Positions 12,761-25,077 of a stretch of 64,000 bases of DNA are shown in pieces. The stretch spans positions 15,399,216 to 15,463,215 of the forward strand of contig NC_086385.1 of the NCBI RefSeq assembly GCF_036588685.1, in the 5' to 3' direction. Position numbers and translations under genes: made by a program. The notes under the pieces were generated by a model that saw nothing but the letters and a program-made list of their open reading frames with translations, made no database searches and was not told the DNA's origin. Within the stretch, counting starts at the first letter, position 1. Every line of letters starts with the position of its first letter. This DNA is from Mytilus trossulus. Its lineage: Eukaryota.

Positions 12761-15757
12761 CACTTTTACAAACAACAAACGCTAATTATCTCATTGGAGA
12801 GACAACATACCAGGTTTATTGTTTCTTGTTAACGCCGAAGAGGACCCTTATACTTTCGACAATACGGATGAACAGATGTCGTTTCTAAAATTAAAAATAT
12901 TTGAAACAAAGGTATCTATAAACATGAAAAGAATAGATGATCTTCTCTATTGAAATAAAAATAAAACTTATTAAATATTTTTGTAGTTTTGTAGTTTTGT
13001 ATGATTGATTGATAAGTTAAATGTTTGCTCAATGTCATTTGTAGTTTTGATCTTAACGAACAAACAGCTTCCTCATTTATATAATTAATAAATAAAATTT
13101 GTAAAGACAAAAAACAAATAAAAAACAAATGAAAGAAACTAAAAGAAATTTCAAAACAAATAAAAATGAATGGATAATGTGTTCATTGGACACAGATGAT
13201 GCCCTCTCTTGCGTCTAACGTTATAAAAGGTCATTACTAGAGAATTGTAAAAGTGACGCACCCCAAATTCGAAAAGAGCCTAACTTAATTATCTTACTGA
13301 CTTATAACAAAGAAGATGTGGTATGATTTCCAGTGAGACAACTCTCCACAAAAGTCCAAATGACACAGCAATTAACGACTATAGGTCACTGTACAGCCTT
13401 CAACAATGAGCAAAGCCCATATCGCATAATCAGCTATAAAAGGCCCGGAAATGACGATATGAAACAATTCAAACGAGAAAACTAGTACATGATCGTACAT
13501 GTATATTCCAACAGATTGAATGAGTTTGACTCTACACCTATATCAAAATTATGTTTTTTTGGAAAATATCTGGTAACACGTGAAATTGTTCTTAGATATA
13601 GGAAGATGTGGTGTGAGTGCAAATAAGACAACTCGCCATCCAAATAACAATTTATAAACAGTAAACCATTATAGGTCAATGTACGGCCTTCAACACGGAG
13701 CCTTGGCTCACACCGAACAACAAGCTATAAAAGGCCCATAAATAACTAGTGTAGAACCATTCAAACGGGAAAACCAATGATCTTATCTATATAAAAAAAC
13801 GAGAAACGCATATACATTACATAAACAAACGGAAACTACTGTACATCAGATTCCTGACGTAGGACAGGTGCAAACATTTGCAGGGGGATTAAACGTTTTT
13901 ATTAATGGATGCATGACCAAACTTTTTGTTGTTAAAAAAAACCCCTAAAAATTACTAAAACACCGAACTCCGAGGAAAATTCCAAACGGAAAGTCCACCT
14001 CTAAATGGCAAAATCAAAAGTCCAAACACATACCTGGCTACAAATAGACTTGGAATTGGTCTGACAAAGCTGCATACAAATGTAGTTACAAAATTATTTC
14101 CATACATAGATTTTCAAATGCTCTCGAAATCTTCTAAAATAAACAAAACATGTATATCATGTCATGGACTATACACATAAATGTGATAGCCAATTTGACA
14201 ACTATCCACTAGAGACCAAATGGTGTCGAGTAGAAAAAAAACAACGGATTTATATTGGGTATCCATAATTATTAATGACACAAAATTAGTGTATACATCT
14301 TGCGGATTATCACCATATCGGGTTAGTAAATGTGGGAGAGATCCGTTTGCGCCGAAAATGCGTCCTTTTGCGCCACTACTTTTTTCTCCAATGCTACGTT
14401 TTCGCCACATGTTTTAAAATTAAATGGTTTCATTTGCGTCAAAAATAAAACATACTATTGCACCAGTTAAAAGAAAATTACTCCCTTACTCCTTTATTCG
14501 GACTTGGAACCGGCAGTGTAACACGGCACATCTGTCCTTTTCTGAAACATATGTTTTTATTGCTGCTGCTGCATGGGTACTTCCCAATTTAATGTATGTA
14601 GTAGCTTTTAACTTCTTTTTATTGTCCAAAAACACAAACATTGAAGGATGAAATCCATAAAATAGTTAACAATAGTTCATAATAACAACAAAGCCCATAC
14701 GCATGGTGGGAACAAAGCTGTGTCATCAACATTTGTGGACAAAACATAAAGAGCAAAAAACTTCTATTTTCTATATTAGCATATCTTTGTTAAGTAAAGC
14801 ATTTAAGTTTTATTCTCTCTCTGTACATTGACTGTCTAATGCTGCTTAATATCTCCTAACATTGGATACCTTTTTGGGCACAAATAAGAATACATATATA
14901 GTAATCATTATTATTTATGATAGATATATGTACAGGTAAATTGGCGCAAATGAGTTCCGAATATTGGCGCAATTGATACATTTTGAAAATAAAATTTGGC
15001 GCAAATGATACCCCTTAAAAACACTAAATGGCGCAAAAGGACTGCTGCCGTAAATGTCGGCGTTTGATACCCTGGTTTTAAAATGCCCATGCAGTATACG
15101 GTATGGGTTTTTCTCCGTGATTGTTGAAGGCCGTACGCGTGTCTATAATTGATAACTTTCATCAATTGAACTTTGTTGGATTTTTTTCTCATTTGTAATA
15201 CTCGTAGTTTGATATCTTTGCTTGATAAGTCGAAAATTTACTTGGAATACTACTACCAAATTTTAATACGGGTATCTATGATGAGTTTATATACTTGGAT
15301 CTATAAAATCCTTGATCTTTTTTCAATTTAATTGTTCGCTATCTTTGAACCTGACTTTATAAGTACGGTTATATTTCTCATTATATGTACGAGATAAATA
15401 AAAAAAAAAAAACAAAAAAAACCCCAATTTACAAATTAAACTTTTCAGATTTTTGCATGGAGCAAGTAAACGAAGAAATAGAGATGAGTGATATGTCAAA
15501 ATAACAACAACAAAAATACGTCTTTAGGGAAGACACAATATTCATGGCCGGGACTTTTTATTTAAATGTTTGAACATAAAAATTTTGGACACCTTCATTG
15601 ATACATATTTGTATACACATATTTGTTAATTTGTATGAAAATAATAATCGTTTAGTCATTTTTGATCTACAATTATCGTTTCTATAGGATAATTTTGGTT
15701 GTCTATGTCTTTTTGTTATCACCGTATCGTGCCGGATTCGTGTTCTCCTCTGGTGCG

Positions 15758-16418
15758 CACGAGAATAATTCTGTCGCTAGGATAGGACCAGAAATCCCAC
15801 CGAGGATATTAGGACCAGAAATCCCACCGAGGATATTAGGACCAGAAATCCCACTGATATATAGCATATTAATACCGTTTACCTACGCGAAAAAAAAATA
15901 GTCCAAGAAGTGAAAGTAGGGGTCAGGAAATGTGACAATCCCTTGAATATCATGGAATGCACTACATGAAAGCACGAAACATATTAAATGTATATGTCAA
16001 CAGTGTCATTTACATGAAACATATATGAATCATATTTTGTTAGTTAAAGTTAACCACGGTATATAAATAGAAAATTGCTTTATTAAATAAGTTTGGTTAT
16101 CCAAGATCCCAGTAGATAGTGTGCTTTTGCTCCATTTTGAAGGTCTTAATGTGACTGAGATGAAGAAAAGCAATTAAAGACCTGTTTATAGTTAAATGAA
16201 ATTACCTCTGCTCCTATCTGGGGCTCCTATATATTAAAACACACATACAGTCAATCCTAGACATTGGGTTACCCCTGGTCCCCCATATAAACTTACATAC
16301 AGCAATATCATTGGGTTACCCCTGGTCCCCCATATAAACATGAATGATTACTACGCATTTGCCGGTACTATTTCTGCGGGATTTCTGGTCCTATCCTAGC
16401 GACAGAATTATCCTCGTG
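15758..16418. mobile_element. CAC...GTG-ended TIR element inserted into the head of a tRNA-derived SINE
   Basis: ~40-bp TIR CACGAG.ATAATTCTGTCGCTAGGATAGGACCAGAAATCCC; 27-bp subterminal repeat x3; right flank continues as GTTCGAAC...GGTCAAACCAAAGAC...GCTAAGCACGC (SINE body). Confidence 0.72.
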
Positions 16419-18308
16419 CCTCGTGCAGAAGGTCGCGTGTTCGAACACCGGTCCGGTCAAACCAAAGACTTTAAATTGGTATTTGCTGCTTCTCTGCTAA
16501 GCACGCGGCATTAAGACAGAAGCCATAGCAATTATTAGTCCACTCGGAATCCCAATCCATGTATAGTAACGTGTCTTCATATGGCTCACCTTGTGAACTA
16601 GTACGTTATATTCCGGCTAAGCATGTCGGTCTAGTTCAAACAGGGTTAATATATCTATTTAAAAAAAAGATGATGTGGTATAATTGCAAATGAAACAGCT
16701 CTCCACAAGAGACCAACATGACACACAAATTAACAACTATATATAGATAGGTCACCGTACGGTCTTCAACAATGATCAAAGCCAATACCGCATAGTCAAC
16801 CATAAAATGCCCCGAAATGATATTGCATAAACATATTCTTGTTCTGAATATTCATTTAATTCGCCGCTAAAATATTTCCAGCAATCCATCATCATAGTTT
16901 TTTGGGATATGTTTTCTCATTAATTTATACCCCACGCCTCCTTTTGTTCATATGAAATACTAATTATATTTAGCATAAAACTATCTAATAGAAAGCATTC
17001 TTGTTTCCTGACCTTATTTGATTAGTATCTAATACATAATTCTGTATTGACGAAACCATTCAATTTTGTATGCTTTAAAAGTTCAGTACTAAAATAAAAA
17101 ATGCCTACAAAAATCTAATCGCATTTGAAACCCTCCCCTTTATACTCGAACCTTTAAATTTGAAATGTTTAAGAAATGAATCGACTAGTTATGTTTTTGT
17201 TGGATACACATTTTGTGTATTCGGTTGTGACAACATTTCTCTGGTATCTTATTTCAAGTTGTGAGAGCTTCACATTTTTGTTTATTGTTTAAAATTTATT
17301 GGTGCATTGATTTAATTCAAATAAACAACTATCGATTTGTTTTAAAAAATGTGGGTTTAAACAAGTTTATAACTTTTAAAACATTAAAACAAATATAACT
17401 TTGACTTAAAAGTTCGAAGATTTTGTGAAACGGCATTTGTGAGGTTCGTATATTACTTAATTTTTATTTGTTTATTGAACTTATTTCGTAGTTTAATATA
17501 CATAATCTTATCTGTATTATTTTTTATTAAGGACTATTTTCTAAAGATTTGCTCTCAGCTTTTTTGGCTTGCGTTTTGGGCATGAGCTCTCTTTTCGCCT
17601 TTTCTTTCTTGGGGTTACGACCCATGCTAATTAAAAGAATTCTTTATTAGTGTATTCCCATTAAAGAAAATTTAAGAAATATTCTAAATTACACAATAGA
17701 AACAACAGAAAAGAGCGGTGATTTAATTTTTCGAAATTTAATGTACAAGTTTATTTTGTTGATTTGACATTCAATACTGGTGGGGAAAAACAAATCAACT
17801 GTTTGCTCAGTGTAGAAGGCCGTACGGTGACCTATATAGTTGTTAATGTCTGTGTCATTTTGGTCTTTTGTGGATAGTAGTCTCATTGGCAATCATACCA
17901 CATCCCCTTTTTTATATTATGTAACCTTAACATAAAATTTTAAAACAATTGTTATAAAAATATTTTACAAACGATTAGTAAACGCAGACTTGCTGTTGAT
18001 TTTAACGGGATAACTACTTGATTCTTATTCGTCAGATCACAGGCCACTATATGCTACTAAGTTTTGTATCTTTTTTTGCTCTTTCTCGAAATAGCCTATG
18101 CAGGTTAGTTTAAATATACATGTTGTTCCTTCACATTTCTAATTTCACACTTGAAAATAATTTATGCAGATTTAAAAATATATACTGTCTATTGAGTAAG
18201 AGAATCGATGATGACTATTTCAACTAATTTTGTATAAAAGAGAATTCATTTATTGTATAACATTGAAATGCTCAATTTTGTTTTTATTTCAGAACTTGAT
18301 ATTTCAAA

Positions 18309-20390
18309 ATGGCTGCTGTTTTGAAAGCAGCGAAAGAACAATTGATATGTCATCTTTGTAAACAGATATTGGTCGAACCAAAAACTTTGAACTGCATGCA
18401 CTCGTTTTGTAAAAAATGCATTCAACAATATATGGAACATACAACAAAGGGTCAGAAAAGCCCTGCTGGATTTCTCTGTCCAGACTGCAACAATGTTATG
18501 CCACTCGGACAGCTTTCAGGTAGTACACCCGAGGCGTGGGCGAGTGAACTCCAAACGAATGAAGCGTTATCTAGTATTCTCAAAGCATTTGAAAATTCAG
18601 GTGAAGAAATTGCAATGAAATGTGCTTTTCACGCCGAGAAAGAAGTTGAATTTTACTGTGAGGATCATGAAATGCTTCTTTGCTCTTTGTGTGCTACGTT
18701 AACACACAAGCCGTGTACTGACGTTGTCACTATTCCTGTAGCGGCTGCTCGACGAAAAGCAGATGGCGGGAAATTTATTAATTTCCTTTCAGAACAAATT
18801 ACAATGACCGAGAAAATTTTAAGTGATAGAAAAGAACAATTGAGTACTCTTGACAAATCTGAAACTGAAATAAAAAATCAATTGACTCAGATAAAGAAAC
18901 GTATGATCGATTATCTTGAATCAATGGAGAGTAAAGTTATACAGGAAATGACGCAGCGGAAGATGAAAGAAATGCATGCGTTAAAATCTGACCTTGACAT
19001 TTATAATGGAATACTTGTCGATGCTACGTCTTCCCTAAAAACCATACAACAATCGATTGATAAGGACACACCAGCTGGCTTTATCATTCGATTTAAAGAT
19101 CAAGTGCAAATGTTTGACGAGAGACAAACAAGATTAGTAAGACACGTTCAAACGCTTAAGAACGTGAAGCTTACATTCCTCCCTAATCGACCGCTCGAAC
19201 AAGCTGTGGTCCAAGGAAAACATATTGGTAGTTTGAATACAGAAAGTTTTCCAAGCCGTTTAGCTCAGGTTTATGCGAAAGCCGCTCCCATTGAAACACA
19301 ACGTCCTACACTTACTAGACAGGGGACGAGCAAGGCACGACCATATTCTGGTGTGTCCACTGCAGCCCCTACACCTCGCTCGGTCCGGAGTACTACAGAC
19401 ATGCCGTCTTTCAGGAAACCAAATGTTCCACGTCAAATCCGTTCTCGAGGACCTAGGGAATATTCTAAACAAGAAAATGAAACAAAGTCGGTCATTTCTG
19501 ATGTCTCTTCGCGAATTTCCGAGAAACCAGCTAGCGACCTGACGCAGTCAAAAGCAATGGAACTCTCCTCTGTAGAGGGAAAAACAATTACGGCTAAATT
19601 TAAGAGTGACTTCATCGCTTCTGTACCTGATCAAAAGGAATGTTCATTAGAAGGAGCAGCCATTTTGAAATCGGGTCACGTGGTTTTGTCCGATTCGTAT
19701 CACAGTTCTCTTAAGCTGTTCGATCCCAAATTTGCATATATTGGATTGATAAAGTTTGCCACATCACCAGGCGATGTATGCGCAGTCGGTGACAGCGAAG
19801 TGATCGTCTGCTTACCAGACACGATGCGTCTGAAGCATGAAAAAATTGAGAACAATAAAATAGTACCAGGTGAAGTTCTAACGGTTGGCGATAAGTGTCA
19901 TTCAGTAGGCTATAATAACGGAACACTTGCTTGCTGTTCCGGTCGTACCATTCACGTTTTTGCCCGTGACAGCCATTCATGGCTCCGAGTATCTACAACG
20001 CCAATGGACGCAGATAATCTGATGTATATTGCTGTCGATCCGAATGGCGAAAGAATTGTGGTAACTAGAAACGGATATCCGAACCGTCCTGTCGTCTGTC
20101 TTACGAAAAATGGCCAAAAAGTATGGAGTTACACTCACGAGGAACTTCGTCTGCCACGAGGTGTCGCTTTCCTCGGACAGAACGTACTAATCGTTTCGTG
20201 GGACCAGCAGAAGGTAATCCAGCTCAATAGAGAAGGGCATCTCGAGGGAGTCGTTCTTCAGCAAGGCGTTCAGTGGCCATGGAAACTAGCAATTAGTCCA
20301 AAGGGAGATAAACTGATGCTCACACAATGCTATTATAGACTTCCGTTCAAGGACAAAAACTGCGTAAAGGTCTACAAGGTTAATCTGTGA
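18309..20390 (+). CDS. TRIM-family E3 ubiquitin ligase (RING + B-box + coiled coil + disordered linker + NHL-like beta-propeller), 693 aa; paralog of the 1600-3615 gene
   Basis: RING CHLC...NCMHSFCKKC...CPDC; B-box CAFH...FYCEDH..LCSLC; C-terminal motifs shared with the first gene (WSYTHEELRLPRGVA, VSWD, WPWKLAI). Acceptor TTTCAG at 18292; AATAAA at ~20495. Confidence 0.92.
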   Translation: MAAVLKAAKEQLICHLCKQILVEPKTLNCMHSFCKKCIQQYMEHTTKGQKSPAGFLCPDCNNVMPLGQLSGSTPEAWASELQTNEALSSILKAFENSGEEIAMKCAFHAEKEVEFYCEDHEMLLCSLCATLTHKPCTDVVTIPVAAARRKADGGKFINFLSEQITMTEKILSDRKEQLSTLDKSETEIKNQLTQIKKRMIDYLESMESKVIQEMTQRKMKEMHALKSDLDIYNGILVDATSSLKTIQQSIDKDTPAGFIIRFKDQVQMFDERQTRLVRHVQTLKNVKLTFLPNRPLEQAVVQGKHIGSLNTESFPSRLAQVYAKAAPIETQRPTLTRQGTSKARPYSGVSTAAPTPRSVRSTTDMPSFRKPNVPRQIRSRGPREYSKQENETKSVISDVSSRISEKPASDLTQSKAMELSSVEGKTITAKFKSDFIASVPDQKECSLEGAAILKSGHVVLSDSYHSSLKLFDPKFAYIGLIKFATSPGDVCAVGDSEVIVCLPDTMRLKHEKIENNKIVPGEVLTVGDKCHSVGYNNGTLACCSGRTIHVFARDSHSWLRVSTTPMDADNLMYIAVDPNGERIVVTRNGYPNRPVVCLTKNGQKVWSYTHEELRLPRGVAFLGQNVLIVSWDQQKVIQLNREGHLEGVVLQQGVQWPWKLAISPKGDKLMLTQCYYRLPFKDKNCVKVYKVNL

Positions 20391-21134
20391 GAATTCAGGG
20401 GGAACACACTGTCTTCTAGAAAAAAACGTAAAGTGTTTGCATTGGTTGTTTGGATAAAAAAAAGTCAAAAGCCTTTTAATTTATATGTTAAGTGAATAAA
20501 ATATGCAAGAATGTATGGTTGAACTATTTTTATACCTAAATATAATTCAATGATTAACAAACTAGTTCACAATTTTAACACGCATATTCTGATGTGTGTG
20601 TGTGTCGATGTGCTTTATTGAAATAAGATTGACAACCACACTTGAATCTAGTTGTATTTCAATCTTTTAATGACAAAAGTACAAACCATCTGTATCTCTG
20701 CCAGTACGAAAATTGAAGCATTGGTTCAGCAAAACATTATAAGTTTCTGAATAAGAATACTTCTCATAACTCATGACGTTTTACACTAAGGTGTATTAAC
20801 ACAAGGCATATATTTCCTTAATCGTACTAACACAACAATCGAGCACAACTGATGATTGGTTGATTCAGTGTAAGTTGCTTAACGTCCAGTGGCAAATATT
20901 TCCTGCTTATTCAAGACGAAAAAAAATATTCCGATGTAGACGAAAAGTACGTCTGGGTCGGGTTAGCAAACAGAGTGATATTAGGCAAAACAATAATAAA
21001 AAAGAAGTAGAACTCGCTTCTAAATTATTAAAAAGAGAAAAGACCAGACAAAGAAATTGATCTTGAAAAAGATATAAAAAAAAGGAACGGATACCCTCTA
21101 ACCCACACCATCATAATTTAAAAACAAAAAGATC

Positions 21135-22235
21135 TATATATATATATATATACAACTCGTCTAAACATCGACCCAACAATGTTAGATCTGTAAATTTGCT
21201 TTCGCAAATTTTTGGTTCTTCCCTCGCCGGGATTCGAACCCATGGCATGCTACTGTGATATCGTGACACCAAATCGCCTGCACTGCAGCCGTCCCGCTAG
21301 ACCACACGACCACCTGGGCTCTCAAAAAAAGAGCTTTCTGTGGCCATATGTTACCTTTCCACGTCAGTTTTAATCTAGCAGCGAACTACAGTACATGATA
21401 TATAAGGCATGAAGATGTTATTGTTACAGATCAGCTAAATTATCTATAGTAAAGGATCCTACAAATTAATGTAAGATACAGTCACAGAAAATAGTTATAT
21501 TCATAAGTACGTCTGAGTCAGTGACAACCCTACAACAGATGTATCCATCGGATCGCTATCAATGATGGTGACACATGGCGGTGTACATAATGTATATACA
21601 ACTCGTCTAAACATCAACCCAACAATGTTAGATCTGTAAATTTGCTTTCGCAAATTTTTGGTTCTTCCCTCGCCGGGATTCGAACCCATGCTGCTGTGAT
21701 ATCGTGACACCAAATCGCCTGCAATGGATACATCTGTTGTAGGGTTGTCACTGACTCAGACGTACTTATGAATATAATTATTTTCTGTGACTGTATCTTA
21801 CATTAATTTGAAGGATCCTTTACTATAGATAATTTAGCTGATCTGTAACAATAACATCTTCATGCCTTATAAATCATGTACTGTAGTACGCCGCTAGATT
21901 AAAACTGACGTGGAAAGGTAACACATGCCCACCGAAAGCTCTTTTTTTGAGAGTCCAGGTGGTCGTGTGGTCTAGCGGGACGGCTGCAGTGCAGGCGATT
22001 TGGTGTCACGATATCACAGTAGCATGGGTTCGAATCCCGGCGAGGGGAGAACCAAAAATTTGCGAAAGCAAATTTAAAGATCTAACATTGTTGGGTTGAT
22101 GTTTAGACGAGTTGTATATACATAATGTACACAGCCATGTATCACCATCATTGATGGCGATCCGATGGATACATCTGTTGTAGGGTTGTCACTGACTCAG
22201 ACGTACTTATGAATATTTATATATATATATATATA
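21135..22235. mobile_element. (TA)n-flanked composite of a ~441-446-bp unit containing a tRNA-like (Leu/Ser-type) segment, arranged tandemly then inverted
   Basis: Unit starts at 21153 and 21599; orientation switch at 21723/21724; inverted unit repeats at 21724 and 22165; A-box-like GGTCGTGTGG and B-box GGTTCGAATCC (22027-22037); TA microsatellites on both sides. Confidence 0.82.
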
Positions 22236-25077
22236 CATGTATATATAAAATGATTGTAGTCCTGATGCTGCGGAAAGTTAAACGCGTCTTGTAAAATTAG
22301 TCGGATGTTTTATGGTTTATTAAAAAGAAACTTCATATGAGACCAATTCAAAGCCTTTCATACAAAGGCACAGCAATTTTCAGTCTATTTTTAAGGCAAA
22401 GTTTAACCTCAAAACGAGGTTTCTATAGAATTTCAAAACGTGATTAAAGATAGTTTGATATTGGAGATGCGTTTATGTTCCTTTTTCCTGTTGATTTAGT
22501 TAATATAGAATTAATCCGCAGCAACATGACACGTTTTAATGATCATTATCTATAGTAATCAAAAGATGGACTTGTCTTCATACAAATTATTACAGCTACA
22601 ATCAAACAAAAGGTTTCCGACTGAGTTTAAACTTAGCTTTATGGTAAAGGAGTGAATGAACTCTAAAACACAGCAAACATTAAAAAAATGGTATTAATTT
22701 AGTATGTCCTTAAGTTTCATACTTCAACGTGACATAGAGAGTCATGGGAAAAAGTAATCTGTTCAACTTGGACTTTTTTCTGTTTAATTTTAAAACATGT
22801 TAATAGATTTCGTGTTGACAGGTAAGTGAGTAATTGCATAGTTCTTCAAGAAGGTTTTACGGGAACCTACCAGATATGAGGCGGACGAGAGGATATCTTT
22901 TATGTTAAGGTATTTTATGTGATTTTGTACGTTTATTTCAAAATATAAGAGCTGTTTACAGTGTTTGACTAATTATCTGTTAACTGCTGTTTACAGTTTT
23001 TGACAAATTATCTGTTAACTTTAACTTAACATTAATGTTAACTGTTATACTATTGTGAAAAGAATGAATCTCGTTGAATGATTTAATCAAATTTTCAATT
23101 TATTTTTTCTGTTTTCGCATTTAAGATAAATTGAATTTCAGTTAACAGTATCTTAAGTGTATGAACCCCTTTTTGCCGCCACCTTATTGGATGCAGACGC
23201 GATTACGACATGTTTAACTACAAGAAATCGTAATGTGATTTAACAAAACTATTTCCCAAATATTGGCATTTAGTCTAAACAATTTCTGTTTTGTTTTAAA
23301 GATTAATCAAAACAGAACATGAAAATAATTCTCATTCGGGTCACACTTAAAAATATTTTGGTTTGCCCAATCCCTACCCTAAGGTTGAGACATTGGGTAG
23401 GTAGGTAGGCATTTTTTTTTTCAGATGTTTGTAAGTCTTCATGCCTATTTGATTAAAAACCCCTCTTCATATCAGGACAATAAAATAATTTGAGTAGGCA
23501 GCTTTTTCCTGGGTAGGTAGCGTTTGGGCAAACAAACCTATTATTTATTATGGCCTCGGTAGACAGTTTGTTTCACTTTTATGAAAATAAACTATAACGC
23601 TGATATAATGTCAAAATTGAAAACAATAGAGCCACCAGTAAGAACCATTTTACCGACAAATTGGGTAAATATAAAAATTATTGTGTTTTTGCAGGGTCAT
23701 GCAAACTATCATAGCAGCTACGTAGCTGCTATCAAAATCTATCTAGAAACTATAGGCTAGCTACACGTTCCATAGACAAAAATCTACGTAGCACTACTAG
23801 TGCTAGGTAGATTTTGACTATTGTTTGTGTAGCTATAGCTACGTAGCTGCTACGATATTGAACCCAACCCAGGCGCAGGTAAAAAGTAAAATTACAAAAG
23901 TACTGATTTCAAAGTCATAAGAAACCTCAAATTAAAAAAAATATGCATATGTTTTTTATAACTAAATGGATAGTTTTCATTATACAACTTATGTCCATAT
24001 ACTTTTTTCTGAGGATTTTTTTTTAATTTGTCCACATTTAGAAGAAGTTTACTTGTTTTGAATTGCTTGCTTCCAGGAAGCAATTCGCCGACATATTTTC
24101 CGTATGCATAGTGACCCGAGCATAACCCTCCTCGTAAAAATCCGGTGAACACAATACGCATGTATCTGTCATTGAAATAAACAAATATCTGATTAAACAT
24201 GTTAAACACGTAAACCACTCGCTCGTTTCATATGACTTTAACATATTTTTTTTTATATATGACAAGATATCAAATATATATAGTCTTAGAGAAACGTCAT
24301 TATATACTATGATATATTGGATAAGCTTGTGTGACTATTTATATCTATAATTATATTTGCGCTGTAAGAGTGACGTCACTTGACGATCGGTAGTTTTCGG
24401 ATGCAATTTCGGTGCTGTAGTTGTCTGTCTTAAAATATACACAAAATCTTGATATTTTTATAACCATTTGTATGAAATGTTTAACTGCTTCTAAATGAAT
24501 TGTGCATATTGGCTCAAATGTCCAAGTATGGTATGTTCGACTGTGAACCCTTCACTCAGCTCAAATGTCCAAATATGGTATGTTCGGCTGTGAACCCTTC
24601 ACTCAATGTCTAAAACAACCGCGAGTTATAGAGACAGTCAACTGTGGCAAATGGTCATCAACCCAAAATATTTTAAAGAACAAATCACATTAAGACTCGA
24701 CTGTTCGGGGACATCTTGATTTACCTCCATGAGGACGACTCAAAGCCGAAAGCCAAGGATATATAAGACTCGAAACAGTTGAAGAGCTAGCTATATGACA
24801 AAAAAAGTTCTTAAAAGTGGATTATGATTTGTTAAATTTGTTTGCTGTTCATGAGGACCTGTATCGAATAAGGTAAAAGGTAGTTTGAGAATATGGTAAA
24901 CAATTCAATTATTGTAGTTATTTCTATTTGTTAGACTACGTTGACCGAAAAAAATGAATCATCAAACAAATATTTTTCTTTTGTTGAAACATTAATTAAA
25001 TAAGAGAAAATGATCATACATTAGCTCAGATGGAAAAACTTTCGATAGATCAGATAAATCCAGTAAAAAGTAAAAAC

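Noticed and set aside
21903-21957. Hammerhead ribozyme in the 445-bp unit (CTGACG...CGAAA)
   Set aside because: The core is CTGACGT rather than CTGANGA, and stem III/cleavage-site geometry does not fit.
21953-22050. Functional tRNA-Leu/Ser gene
   Set aside because: A/B boxes are present but there is no coherent cloverleaf; it is part of a repeated unit.
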